64,000 bases of DNA from Paraspadella gotoi (Eukaryota; Animalia; Chaetognatha). The first letter of the stretch is position 1, and each line of letters opens with the position of its first letter. This document shows positions 14,101-26,100 of this stretch, piece after piece. Position numbers and translations under genes: made by a program. Below the pieces are notes generated by a model. That model saw only the letters and a list, made by a program, of their open reading frames with translations, searched no databases and was not told the DNA's origin. The stretch is from the NCBI GenBank assembly GCA_051294375.1, contig CM119271.1:11799896-11863895 (forward strand), given 5' to 3'.

Positions 14101-14257
14101 TTTTAAAAAGATTTACGGAAACGAACTATTTAAAAAAAAAAAAGACACGCGTTTACGCTGAATAGTAAAAGAACAACAATAATAAATTTATACAACGAAC
14201 GACTGTAACAAAATACTAAAAAAGATTTCAATTCCAAATGTTCATCTCTTCTCAAAG

Positions 14258-17200
14258 TCAAAGCTTGTGAAGAATCCCCGCCATCTGGAGAGCGTGATCC
14301 GCGTTCTCCTTGTAGAACATGAAGAGCGCCTGGACCTGCGCCGCGGAGATCTCCGACTGCGTCTCGAGGGCGGCGTCGGCGAACCGTTCCGCCATCCCCG
14401 CCTCCGCCTCCGGATAGAATCGAGCGAACATCCGTTGGAGTTGATTCCGGGTGCAGTGGACGATCTCTTGCTTGACGTCGACGCGGCCGGGGCGGATTAG
14501 AGCCGGGTCGAGGCGCTCGGGGTAGTTGGTCGTCATGAAGAGGATTCTGAAGAAGGGGGAAAATGTTACCATGGTAAACCGGTAAATCACTTTCACTTTC
14601 TTTCTCTCTCTCTCTCTCGCTCGCTCAAAAGGACAAAAAGAAATACAGTAAAAATTGAAGTTTTTATATGATATGTGCAAGTTGATATAATTTGGAATGA
14701 GACCCCCGAAACCTGACCAACGCCCTACCTTCCCTCTGAGGAGGCGACTCCGTCCAATGCGTTGAGCATCCCGCTAAGAGTGAGCCTCGCCATTCCCACG
14801 AATCGCGCGTCGTCATCTTCGCGAGAACCGAAGGCGGCGTCGATGTCCTCGAGGAGGAGGATGCTCTCGGGAGGCGCCTCCGACAGTAACTTGGCCAACC
14901 TGAAGAGCGTTGAGGATTTTTTGTGTCAAATCACTTCTTTGGATCCTTAATCTCATTTGAATATTGTCTTCTTGGAATAAAAAGATGATAAATTCTTTTT
15001 TGAGATTTTGTTCTTTTTTAAGATTTAATAATAATATTTTGTTCTTTTTTAAGATTTAATAATAATATTTTTACATTGATAAATTTCGGTTTAATTAGGA
15101 TGAAAAAATTTAATGATTAATTATCAAAACGCTTTGATGATAGTTTTAATTATTCTGGCTGACTTTTGACAATGTCGAAAGATATGAAATTATTAAATAA
15201 GTAAATAAGCTATCTTGCCCCTGACTTTGGACAGTGGTGTTGAACAATTAAGAATTTTAGCTTACTTATCTTGTCTTGTTGGACATAAACTCTCTAACTA
15301 ACATTCTATCTCTTTCAAATTTCTTAAAACAAATTAAACAAAATGACCAAAAAATATTTGTTTTACATTTTAATAAAAGAACAAAATAAGCGCGTGCATT
15401 AGGTTCATGTAAATTATAAACCAAGAAACTACTTCAAATCATTCAAACAAACGAAGAAAGAAAATCTCTTAATCTTCCGCGTGATGCAAAAGTTTGATTT
15501 CGTTTCCGACGTGAATCCTCATCGCGAAATACGTGGCCATCGCGTCGATGGCCATCGGGTGATCCTTGCCCAGTTTCTCTCTAAAAAAAAAGTCACGTGA
15601 AATCAATCACGTCGCAGAAAGTTATCATAAAAGTCGCTAAACAAAATGCCATTCGTGAACCGCCATTCGTAAAATGCCATTCGTGAACCGGTCACAGTCA
15701 GTGGCGTCCCCTACAACGACAACCTGTATTCTTCGGCCGTGAAGCGAACAATCTCGACGACCTCCTGCGCGATGCGCGTTTTCAAATCGATGGGGATGTC
15801 GCTGTTGATCTCTGCGACGAGAGGAGACTTAAAAGTTTACTTTCGATAGAGAAAACTAAAGCCTCGTCTCGGATTCTCACCGCATCGATGAGTCTGGAGG
15901 AAATCGAGATGTTCCATGCATTGGACGAATTCGTCCCTTTTCTCTCTCATTCTCTCCGCTTTGTCCTCGCTCCACTTTTCGATCTCGAGCGAATAAAGGG
16001 TAAGGTTAAGGTGAGGAAGGTGAGGGTCGTGTCGGGGGGGGGGCGACCACCTTTCTCGATATTCAAAGATGGACTTCGACTAACGGTAGACTTTCATTTC
16101 TCACCGGAAATGTCTGCACCGTCATTGTGGTTTCCGCCTTATGACGCGAAGCCATCGTCGAATCTCTGCGGGCGAATTTCGGGCGGAGGAAACAATAAGT
16201 TCAACCGGTCGATCCATTTTAAAAAGGTAAGGAACTTTGCTCCGTTTAAACTGCCCCTCTCCCCTTGATATCGCCTGATTCTCCACAGATATTAATGAAA
16301 TTGGTACAACCAATACAAAAATTATCCATTCATTTAATAAATAAGCTATCTTGCCCCTGACTTTGGACAGGCTTTGGTGGTTTAAGGCCTCCATCACTTT
16401 TACAAGATAATGACATAGCAGGTCCCTGCAAGCTTTCAATCAAGACTCTCTTACAGTCCCGTTTATTCACTCCCAGAGTTCCTAGCTTCCCTATCAATGA
16501 AGTGGTATAATGTTTCAAAGAATGTTTCAAATTGTAGGGTATTGCACAAAAATTTTAAAAATACTGATTTTCTTCATTCAATGGTTTTAAGCCTTATATT
16601 AAGCCTAACGAAGTGTACTTTAATAGTTAATTCCAAGTTTGACTTTTAAATATTTGATTTACGCCAACTGATTTACGTCAATTTGGAGTTAACGTTTCTG
16701 CCTTCTTCTGCTGTCAAGGATATTCAACAAAAAATTTTGAAACGCTTTTTTTTAATTAAAAATACATAGTAGTATTGGATTCAGATTTGATTTTTTTTTT
16801 TTACGTGATTGTTGGCGCTGGTGGCGTAAAAAACTACGCCAAAACGTATTATTTCCTAGTTAATATGTGGCGTTAATGATTTTTCCAAAAATTTTTTTAA
16901 ATATATCATGTTAAATAAGTGTAAATGTTATATTTAAATTTGGAAAAAGAATTGTGCGCGTAAAATGGCGTTGAAATGAAGGCAAAACCGTTTAATATGA
17001 TATCATGATGTGGCGTAAAGACTTTTGTTTATTTTCTAGTAAAAACTACTCAGTTAAGTTGATTTAAATATTTTTCCGGCCTTTTTATACAGGTTTGGCG
17101 TAGAATGGCGCGTAAAATGAACATAAAACTATATTAATATCATTTAATTTGTGGCGTAAAAAACTTTTTTTCATTTCCAAATAAAGCTATTAAGTTAAGA

Positions 17201-19097
17201 TGCTTTTGCATAGAATGGCGAATTGACGTAAAACTGCGTCACTTTATCCCCTCATCTCTTTCCCTTTCCTCCCTTTTCTTTTCTCTTTTATTTTCATAGC
17301 AATCTCCGATACTAATCGATTATTTGGTTTTAATCTTTAAAATCAAAGAAAAAACGAATACCGAAAATAAATCTCAAATCATAGATAAAATAAACAAAGA
17401 TACACCACGTAAAAGGTCAGTGGACCAATTTTATTAAAAGTATCAGAAATTGTGGATCAACAATGGTCTTTAGTTTATATTTGAACTTGTTAAAAAAAAA
17501 GACTATAAATAAAGATATTACCCATTTATAATAATTATAGGTATCATGCTATATTAGCAAAGGAGTAATTGTTGTAGCAGGCAAAAAGGCATGATAAATC
17601 TTAAGATCATAACAAATATATTATATATCAGTTTCGAATACATATTGATGACTTCATAGGCCTTAATATACAATACGAAAGATGATATAAAAATGACTAT
17701 CGCCAGAACTGCTGCTGGCGCATTTTTGCGCATCATTTTTGGGAATCAAGAATGATCAATTTGTTGAGAGAAAATCCAGTGCATCTCCTGTAACCAGAGG
17801 TTTGCGAGGGAAAGCCTAGTTTTTGCGCAACAATAAAAGAAATATTGCTTTCTGTACTATTACAATTATTTTTCTTATTTGAAAGATTCTTTTTGGGTTT
17901 TAGTTAGACTTACCCTTACAGTACCAAGATTTAAAAAATAAAATTTTTTCTTTTTAGTATTTTCCATACAGTAAATATTTCAAAAGGCCTTGTTTTTTGG
18001 AACTCAAATTCCCTATCAATAAAGTGGTATAATGTTTCAAAGAATGTTTCAATTGTACGAAAAGCCAAATATTAAGAATGAAAAGACCTGATTTTGGACT
18101 TTGATTTCGTGGCGGCCGTAGGCGTCTCGAAGGAGAGAGATGCGCTTCCTTCTTGCTGGTTCTCGAAAATACTCCAAGTGGAATAATTACGACGCATCCT
18201 TTGGTGAAAACATCGGGGAAAACGCGGTAGCGAATCGAGGAAGGAGAGAATTTTAAAGTCGAGGCGTGCGAGAGGTTCGTTTGGATTAAAACTTAAGGGG
18301 ATGATGTCTAATTGTTTATTGTCTAATGTCTAATTAAAGACTTTGCGTCAGAAACGAGATTAAATGACGAGTAGAACCCGAAACTGAATATAACAAGTCT
18401 CAACAGATTACGAGCAAATTGTAAGTTTTTCTATTCAAACACTTAATATATATCTTGAAAACATCGTCTCACGGCAAAAAAGCGGGGAGGAGAAAATCGG
18501 TGGAATTCTGGGTATTGTTCGGTACTCCAAAGTTGTAAATATCATTCTTTATACTTTTAATAGATTTAGTATTTATTGTTATCGATTAATGTACTAAACT
18601 CTCTAATTACCTATTATGCCAATTAAAAAACATGGCATGGAAATTATTTCAAGTTATCCCTAAAACCACAATATGCCAATGAGATTGAAAAACTATGTCA
18701 TTTCATATTAAATGATAAATTCATTCCTTTCATGCTCACCAATCGTCGTTCATTCCTTTAACAGAGAGATTTAGAAGACAGATGGAGTGCTGTAGTTCTC
18801 CAGCGAGAGCGGTGATGAAGCTTGACTTGCCGCAACCCGGCGGGCCGTGCAGCAAGTAGCCCCTGCGGTAGGGGATCCCACGATCCTGATACCAGAGGGC
18901 GTTGGCGATGAAGTCTTTCACGTCGTCCACTAGTTTCTGAGCGACGCCCTCGTCGAGGACGACCGACTCGAGGCGGCGGGGCCGCGCGGGCTGACCGAAG
19001 GGACGCCATTCGGGAGGCTGACCTTCGGGCTTGTAGATCCGAGTCAGACCTGGATAAAGCCGGGGATAAGAAAGTGCGGTCTATTATATTAAAGAAA

Positions 19098-19152
<55 letters not shown>

Positions 19153-19971
19153 ATCTCCCTCTCTAACCTTCGGTCCCCTGCAGAGCGAACTCCCTCGCCT
19201 CCAGCAGCATGTCGACAAAGAGTTGCCTCGAACTCCCCAGCGTGGAGAGGGTCACGTTCTCCCAAGGCGTCCCAGTCTCGAAGTTGACCATTTTGTTCTC
19301 TCGTTCTCTGAGGACGTAGACGAAGCGATTCTTGTACCAGATGACGTGAGCTCCGGGAGAAGGAATGAAGTCGAACCGAGTGCTGACTTGCGAGAAAGGG
19401 GGAGGGAGGGCAGGAGGGAAAGAAAAAGGGAGAGAGAGAGAAAGAGGGAGAAAAGTGAGAGAAAAAGAGAAAGAAGAGGAAAAGAAGGAGAGAAATAAGA
19501 AAAAGAGAAAAAGATAGAAAGTTAAATGTATCAATTAAATAACGAAATATATAATAGATATAAAGAGGAAATACCTTCTCCACTCCACAATTCATCAACA
19601 GGGGCCCCACCAGGAAAAATCATTTCCCCCATCTCTCGAAACTTAATTTCCCTTAACCACAGTTCTGACTTTTCTTCTCTACATTCGGCCTCACCTTTCC
19701 CCGTCGCGTCGCTCTTCTCGAACTGCGTCTGCACGCTGAGATGCTGCGTGTTCCGCGCCCCTCGCGTCGTGATCCAATTCAGCAGCCAATCGTAGCTCTT
19801 GTCTGTGCTAGGAACTTCCATCGTTAACACGTACTTTCTCCGCAGCACCGTCTGCAGCACGACGGCGCCGCGCCGAGCAGCCTGAGTCAAGAGTCCGATG
19901 CCGAAGAGGCCGGCGCCGGCGCCAAAATAAGGATTGTCGCCCAACGACGCCGCGAAGTCTTGGAGGCCCAT
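14258..19971 (-). CDS. BCS1L: Mitochondrial AAA chaperone BCS1, 5 exons with a 3.8-kb intron (~14900-18740)
   Basis: Motifs [45 protein letters not shown] and [21 protein letters not shown]. Confidence 0.95.
15469..18197 (-). CDS. Nested same-strand gene or pseudogene inside the BCS1L intron, with a TPR-like LGKDHP motif
   Basis: GT-AG-bounded segments ~15812-15723 ([29 protein letters not shown]) and ~15581-15469 ([36 protein letters not shown]) join in frame. Upstream candidate exons ~18197-18088, ~16275-16051 and ~15984-15881 contain frame breaks. Confidence 0.5.
16295..16537 (+). repeat. ~240-bp dispersed intronic repeat family (representative copy)
   Basis: tgaaattggtacaacc...gcccctgactttggacaggctttggtggtttaaggcctcc...gtggtataatgtttcaaagaatgtttca. 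Other copies lie at ~7858-8098 (reverse), ~35885-36060, ~37170-37395 (reverse) and ~49452-49688, with fragments at ~15190, 18010, 55535, 56775 and 58130. Confidence 0.9.
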
Positions 19972-20373
19972 GACGTTGGGGGGGGGTAAGGGGACGGTGA
20001 GTTAAGGAGGAAGAGACGAGGAAGAGATCATAGCACGGAGGAATTAATGCATGGCTAAAAATTGAGGACGAAATAAAAAATGTAACGAAACGTTACAATG
20101 TAAATACAATTTGGCAATCGAAATTAGAAATAAAAACATTCGTTGAAATAAAAACAGATCAATGATCATCTTTTTTTTTTTTTCGGGAAATAAAAAATTC
20201 ATATTTTTCATACGAAAGATCAACTTGAATCAGTATTTTTATTGACTAGTCCTAGAACTCAAAAAGAAACGTCGAGGTCATTTGCATATTAAATTAAACT
20301 CATTGCAGAAAATAAAAACGAATTCGAGAGTTGGTAGAAATAATGATTTTAATCACAGGCAACTTTATCATTA

Positions 20374-21749
20374 TCATTTCTTCATTAACCTCCTCACGTA
20401 ACTGGAGAAAGTGTTACTGATTCTCGCTCTCATGTAAACCTTAAAGGGAAAGCGTTTCTCCGCCGTAAAGTCCAACTCTATTTTTTCCAATTCTAACAAA
20501 CGAGGAAACTGATTGAGCCATTCTTGAAAAAAAGTGGACAAATATTCTTTGCTCCTCTGAGGAGTGTGGATTTCTCCGAGGTTGTAATACTTGTGGGCGC
20601 CGCATTTTCCCAGATCGTAAAGGAGCGAGTCGAGGATCCTCTTCATCGCCGAGTTTCCGCCAAAGTCGGTGTCGCCGCCAGCGTCGACGATGGTCGAGGC
20701 TTTGGGATTTTCTTTCACGAACTCGTTGGACACCCAAGAGGCGTCGTAGGCCGGAACGCCGCCGACGCCGCTGACGCCGCCGCCGCTAATCTCGAAGGCG
20801 TCGAAGGAAAAGTCTAATTTAGTCGAGTCGGCTTCTTCGGCGTCGTAGGAGGTAAGGTTCCAGTCTGGGGCGCGGTCTCGAGTTAGCGTTGCTGCCGATG
20901 CCGCTGTTGCCGCCGCAGCGTCGTCGTCATCGTCGTCGTTGAGGACGATGGCTTCGACGGTGCAAGAGAGAGAGTCTTCCGGCGGCGTCTCCGTTTTGAT
21001 TTTCTTAACGAGTGAATTGGAAACGGAGAGGGCGTGGCGTCGTTTGCGCGGCGATGGAACCAAAGTCGATGCCATCAACGTCGGTTTGATTCTCAAAGAA
21101 CAATAATTGACGTCGGCTTCCAACTCGAGATCGTTTCCGGTGTTGACGAGTTTACCTTCGTTGTTTTAATAGTTTAAATAGTTAAATTAATTAATTTAAT
21201 TAATTTAATAGTTTTAATAGTTTACCTTCGTTGTAGGCTTTGCAAAGGTGACTCTTTCCAGCGAATTTACGACCTGCGATTATGATAGCGATTCAAATGA
21301 GGATGAAAACAAAACAATCATTCTGATGGTCATCTTATCTAATGAGGAACAATTCGTTCTCTCTCGGGTCAACGATCAATGAAAAGAAACGACTAAAAAA
21401 GTCAAAAGTCAAAAATAGTTTACTAATTGCTTCTAATACCATAATAATTTATTAATTTTTCATATATAATAATTTTTTTAATCTTCTAACCAAACCCCCG
21501 TTTTTTAATAACCTTTCCATCCTCCCGTCTTAAGACTAAGACTTCCATTAATTAATAATAATAATTAATTAATAACTTTTCGATCCTCCCTTCCATTAAT
21601 TAACCTTCTGGATTTTCGATGAGAACGAATACGCTGGATTCAGTCAACGACGCCAGTTTGATGACCATCTCGAGCAAGAAAGTCGTCAGCGAGGAATCCA
21701 AATTTTGCAATTGACTCGCGAGTTCCAGCAAATTTTGAGTAGAACTCAT
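20374..21749 (-). CDS. Unknown protein, 3 exons (~21749-21605, 21273-21226, 21155-20374)
   Basis: MSSTQNLLELASQLQNLDSSLTTFLLEMVIKLASLTESSVFVLIENPEG|RKFAGKSHLCKAYNEG|KLVNTGNDLELEADVNY... splices in frame to the 249-aa ORF. Confidence 0.7.
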
Positions 21750-21963
21750 TTTATTTAGTTTTTGTTTGATAAAAAAAAATCTACATAGAAAAATCGTGGG
21801 AAGAAAAATTCGAAGGAAGATTCAACTTGAAAAAAAGAACAAAATGTAAATCTAAAACGAATTGAATCCTATACTATAGAAGCTGATCGCCAATAAGTTA
21901 TCACAACAGAAGAATCAAATTAAAGCCGATCGCCAATAAATTTTCGCTACCAACTTGGATTCG

Positions 21964-24900
21964 CTACATGTCCAGCCATTCCTTCATGTAGATGCAAGTC
22001 TCGGGCGAGATGGCGCCGTTCGGATGGCACGCGTTAAAGACTGGACAGATGCCGCACGGCGTGTGCATGAGCGGCGCCACCGGCACCAAAGGTTCCACGG
22101 CGCGATAGATGTTCATCTGTCCACCGGCGCCGGAGGATTCGGCGCAGGCGATGACCGACTTCTCCACCTTCCCGTCGTAGATGAGAGTCTCGAGGATCAT
22201 CTCGATGTCCTCGACGCCGAGTTTGACTTTGGAGATTCCCAACTCGTTGATGAACTTCCACATCTCCTTGGAGCTGACGAAGGAACCGTTCTTGCGGGCG
22301 AGGGCGCTCTCGGGATTCATCTCCGCGGCGACGGAGATCTTTTGTTTGAGAAACTTGAGACATTGTTGGTGAAGAACTTGAACGAATTCGGATTCAAAGT
22401 CTTGGTCCGAATACCAACTCCCGCCGGTGACGGATCGATCTGGTTCGAGATCGAAGAGCATGTAGACTTTCTTCTTGGCGGCGGCGACGCTCTTCACCGA
22501 CTTGACGAGCTTCTTGCCTTCCAGACTTTTGAGGATCTTGTTGACTTGGGTCAGGAGGAGGTTGGACTTGAACCTTTTTAAAGGGGAGGGAGATTGAAAC
22601 CCCGAACCTTAGAATTGAGAAAGGATTATCAACCGAGCTGACCTTATATCCCTAGTCCATATCCCTTTATTCCCAGCGGCGGCGATGATTTGATAGACGA
22701 CTTTCTCCTGACTGTCGGAACTCTTGAGCCCGTCCAAGAGAGACTTGTCCTTGAGGCGATAGAAGAGGTTGACGCCCTGTTTGAAGATGTCGATCTTTCC
22801 GCTCAAGAGGAGATTGTTGATCGTCGTCGCGCGGAGTTTGACGTCGAGGTCGGGGAGTTCCGCTTGGATGATGGCGTCGTTGATGCCTTCGGTTGGACAT
22901 CCACTTTTTTATGCATTTTTTTAAGATTTGATTTCAATTATTTTAGTTAAATTTTCGATTAACAAAACCACTATTTAATATGATTAATTATCGGTAATTG
23001 ATTGTTTAAAATTTATTCGTACCAATCGTTTTCATTAGATAAACAAGGGTCGCTGTACCAATAATTTAATTTAATTTTCTATGCTTTAGACATTGTTCTT
23101 TGGTTTACTCATGCCCTTGGACCCCCCCATATATAATTACTAGAAATCTACTATGAAATTAAATTCAATAGGGCGGGGTTCAAAACTTTAGTCTTGAAGT
23201 CTACCTTTAGGTAAAAAAAGAATTTTTTAAAAAAGTTCGATTTTAATGCTTTTATTGTTGCTATTAAAATTACAATATTACTATATAATGATTAAAAATT
23301 TTTTTAATCAATCTTAACTTTTTTGGATGGATTCTGATAGAGCATAATTAATAAAAAATTTAACTACAACTTTAGAAATATATTTATGTTTCTTGGTCAA
23401 TAGATAATAAAATTATCAAAAAATGAATGATGATGATTGATTAAATAGTTTTTCATATTTTTCACATACTTATGATCAAAATATCGTGGTATAATCCTTT
23501 CTTTTCGTTGTGTAATAATTAGAAGAGTTTGAAATGAATTTTCAACAACGATTTTATTTAATAAAAACGGACATGTTTCGGCTTAACTACAAGCCTTCAT
23601 CAGCATTAAAAAAGTTAGTGAATTTGAAACAAATTATGTGCATAAAGAAAGAGTGAGAGAGAGAGAGAGAGGGCAAAGTTTCCAACACAGAGTTGAGAAA
23701 GGATAGTGTTGTGGCAGCAAGGACTTAAATGCTGCCTACTGCTGTCTCGTCCTCAGCCTCGTCTCAATGGCTGAGCAGGCTAAATCATCTCATTCCATCC
23801 GTGCGTCCCGGGTTCAATCCCTGGGTATCCCGGTTTCGGCTTAAATGTGACGGTGCCGGTATAAACATGCCAGTGACAGGAGGCGGTCACTGAGGGTCCG
23901 CAAGCCCTCATGCCAGTTGGGTGAGATACCCGCCGCCCGGTATCACAGGCTATCCTCCCGTTGCCATAAGTGGTGAGCCCTACTCTTGAACACGCAACCG
24001 CTGCGCACCGTGCGCCCACGCTTACGTCGCTTAGGGTATGCATATCACGCCTATGCCTACTTCTCTGGTAACGCTCCAAGACTCGCTCTCGCTCACTCCG
24101 CTCGCTCTCACTATGGCAATGAGATCAAAAACCTTCTCTCAGACATCTGCCTCAGGATTGAGGCCCCTGTGGGAGAGTCTGGTGGGGGGATCCTGTGGCA
24201 GCAAGACTTAAAAGCTGCCTCACTGCTGTCCGTCCTCAGCCTCGTCTCAATGGCTGAAGGCAGGCTAAATCACTCATTCCACCGTGCGTCCGGTTCAATC
24301 CCTGGGTATCCCGGTTCTGGCTTAAATGTGATGGTGCGGTATAACATCCAGTGACAGGAGGCGGTCACTGAGGGTCCGCAGCCCTATGCCAGTTGGTGAG
24401 ATACCCCCGCCCCGGGTATCACAGGCTATCCTCCGTTGCCATAAGAGTGGTCAATTGTGAGGACAGATTAAGGTGAAACAAATAGAGCCTTAGAAATTGA
24501 AATGGGTGAGAGAAGAGAGGAGAGTGTGAGAGAACTTGAAAAATAATACATTGTGCAATGTACAACAAGGATAAATATTGTTTAAAAACTTAATGATTAG
24601 TGTTAACAATTAACTACTGTGAATAAATAAGTTAGTGAAGATGAAATTGTGAAATTTGAAAATGTGAAGGAAATAGAGGTGAGGGATAGTTAAACTAATT
24701 ATTATTATAGTGAAGTAATAAGAGTTAGGATAGAGCTCAAAGTGTGATGGCCCCCCTTGCTTTCTCAACTCTGTTGTTGAAACTTTGCCTTGCCCTCTCT
24801 CTCTCACTCTTCTTATATGCACATAATTTGTTTCAAATTCACTAACTTTTTTAATGCTGACGAAGGCTTGTAGTTAAGCCGAAACATGTCCGTTTTTTAT

Positions 24901-25826
24901 TAAAATAAAATCGTTGTTGAAAATTCATTTCAAAACTCTTCTGATCAAAATATCAAAAAAGAATTATACTTTGAGTAGACAACTTTTTGCAAGCTACCTG
25001 AATCTCTGATCTTAAAATCAAAAAATCCAAAAAAAATTTTTAGCCTTTCCTATTTATAAATTATGGCAACGGGAGGGATAGCCCTGTGATACCGGGGCGC
25101 GGGGTATCTCACCAACTGGCGTAGGGGCTGCGGACCTCAGTGACCGCCTCCTGTCACTGGCATGTTTATAACCGGCACTCACATTAAAGCCAGAACGGGA
25201 ATACCCAGGGATTGACCCGGACGCACGGATGGAATGGTGATTTAGCCTGCTCAGCCATTGAGACGAGGCTGAGGACGGACAGCAGTGAGGCAGCTTGTTA
25301 AGTCTGTGCTGCACAAAATAAATATTAAAAATTAATATATGGAGTATGGAGTAATATAAAAAATTTTGTCTATTCAAATTTTATTAAAAAAATGTATAAA
25401 TTTTCGTTTGAGCAGGAGCTTAATTCAAGTTATCTTAACCCACCTTACTGAGTTAGTCTCCCCCTACTTATGCTGCACTGTTGCAGGCCGAGATTCAATA
25501 CTTAAATCACTGACAACTACCAAGCCGTTTGTTACCGGATCGAGGCGAGCTCTCTATAATCAATTCCTCTCATTAATGGCCTATCTGGACAGTTTAGATT
25601 AGGAGATAGAATCCTCAAACGTGTCCTCTGTCTCTCATCACCATTTCATTCCCTCGTTATCCCCATTTCATCCCCACGTCATCCCCTTGTCATCACCTTT
25701 AGGATAATCTCCGCAGAGTTGAAGGATGCGTCGTTCGGCGTCGTCGGCGGATGAAGAGGAGGAGGCGTCGGGCGGAGCCGAGGAGGAATCGCCGGGAGAA
25801 AATCTCTCTTCTTTTACTTGAGTCAT
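21964..25826 (-). CDS. POLR3F: RNA polymerase III subunit RPC6/C39
   Basis: Exon 1 ~25826-25697 (AERRILQLCGDYPKG), a 2.8-kb intron, then AGNKGIWTRDIR, PDRSVTGGSWY and the Fe-S motif PCGICPVFNACHPNGAISPETCIYMKEWL. Confidence 0.95.
23566..23607 (-). ncRNA. Minimal type I hammerhead ribozyme
   Basis: On minus: aatg-CTGATGA-a-ggcttg(tagt)taagcc-GAAA-cat-GTC-cgtt, giving stem I aatg/cgtt and a palindromic stem III ACATGT. Confidence 0.85.
23710..24443 (+). mobile_element. TRIM with tRNA-like Pol III boxes in both LTRs (Helenus-like)
   Basis: LTRs 23710-23968 and 24194-24443 (TGTGGCAGC...GTTGCCATA), A box TGGCTGAGCAGG 23768-23779, B box GGTTCAATCC 23811-23820, PBS TGGTGAGCCC 23971-23980 and a G-rich PPT before LTR2. 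No clean TSD. Confidence 0.82.
24853..24894 (+). ncRNA. Minimal type I hammerhead ribozyme
   Basis: aatg-CTGACGA-a-ggcttg(tagt)taagcc-GAAA-cat-GTC-cgtt, with predicted cleavage after 24890. Confidence 0.85.
25062..25315 (-). mobile_element. Solo LTR of the tRNA-like TRIM family
   Basis: Reverse complement of the 23710-23968 LTR, with 4-bp TSD AAAT at 25058-25061 / 25316-25319. Confidence 0.85.
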
Positions 25827-25962
25827 TGTTGAAACGACGGAAAGGGCAGAGTATTTTTAGATTCTACTATCTAATGACATGATACAAAATATCACAAACA
25901 ATGATAGAAATCAAGCTCGGTTCATTAACGATCGCAACTACAACAACAACGACGGAAAAATG

Positions 25963-26100
25963 TAATATTAACTTTAGCCTCGACGATATTAGAATTTAAT
26001 GTTAATCTTAGAATTTAATATTAACTTTAGCCTCGACGATATTAGAATTTAATGTTAATCTTAGAATTTAATATTAACTTTAGTCTCGACGATTTTAGAG
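25963..26100. repeat. ~53-bp tandem repeat, ~2.6 copies
   Basis: aatattaactttagcctcgacgatattagaatttaatgttaatcttagaattt is repeated. Confidence 0.85.

Larger units (their letters stand above)
23486..24941. mobile_element. Non-autonomous Penelope-like insertion with inverted ~180-bp repeats (23521-23701 / 24760-24942)
   Basis: A 13-bp direct repeat TGATCAAAATATC (23473-23485 and 24942-24954) flanks the unit as a TSD. Each inverted repeat carries a minimal hammerhead. No RT ORF is present. Confidence 0.75.

Noticed and set aside
23761-23832. tRNA gene
   Set aside because: The acceptor and anticodon stems do not pair, and the segment is embedded in a repeated LTR.
23860-23920. Twister-ribozyme-like segment (TAA...GC-stem-AGGGTCCGCAAGCCC) in the LTR
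   Set aside because: The P4 loop resembles twister, but the P2 and pseudoknot partners are not properly formed or conserved among copies.
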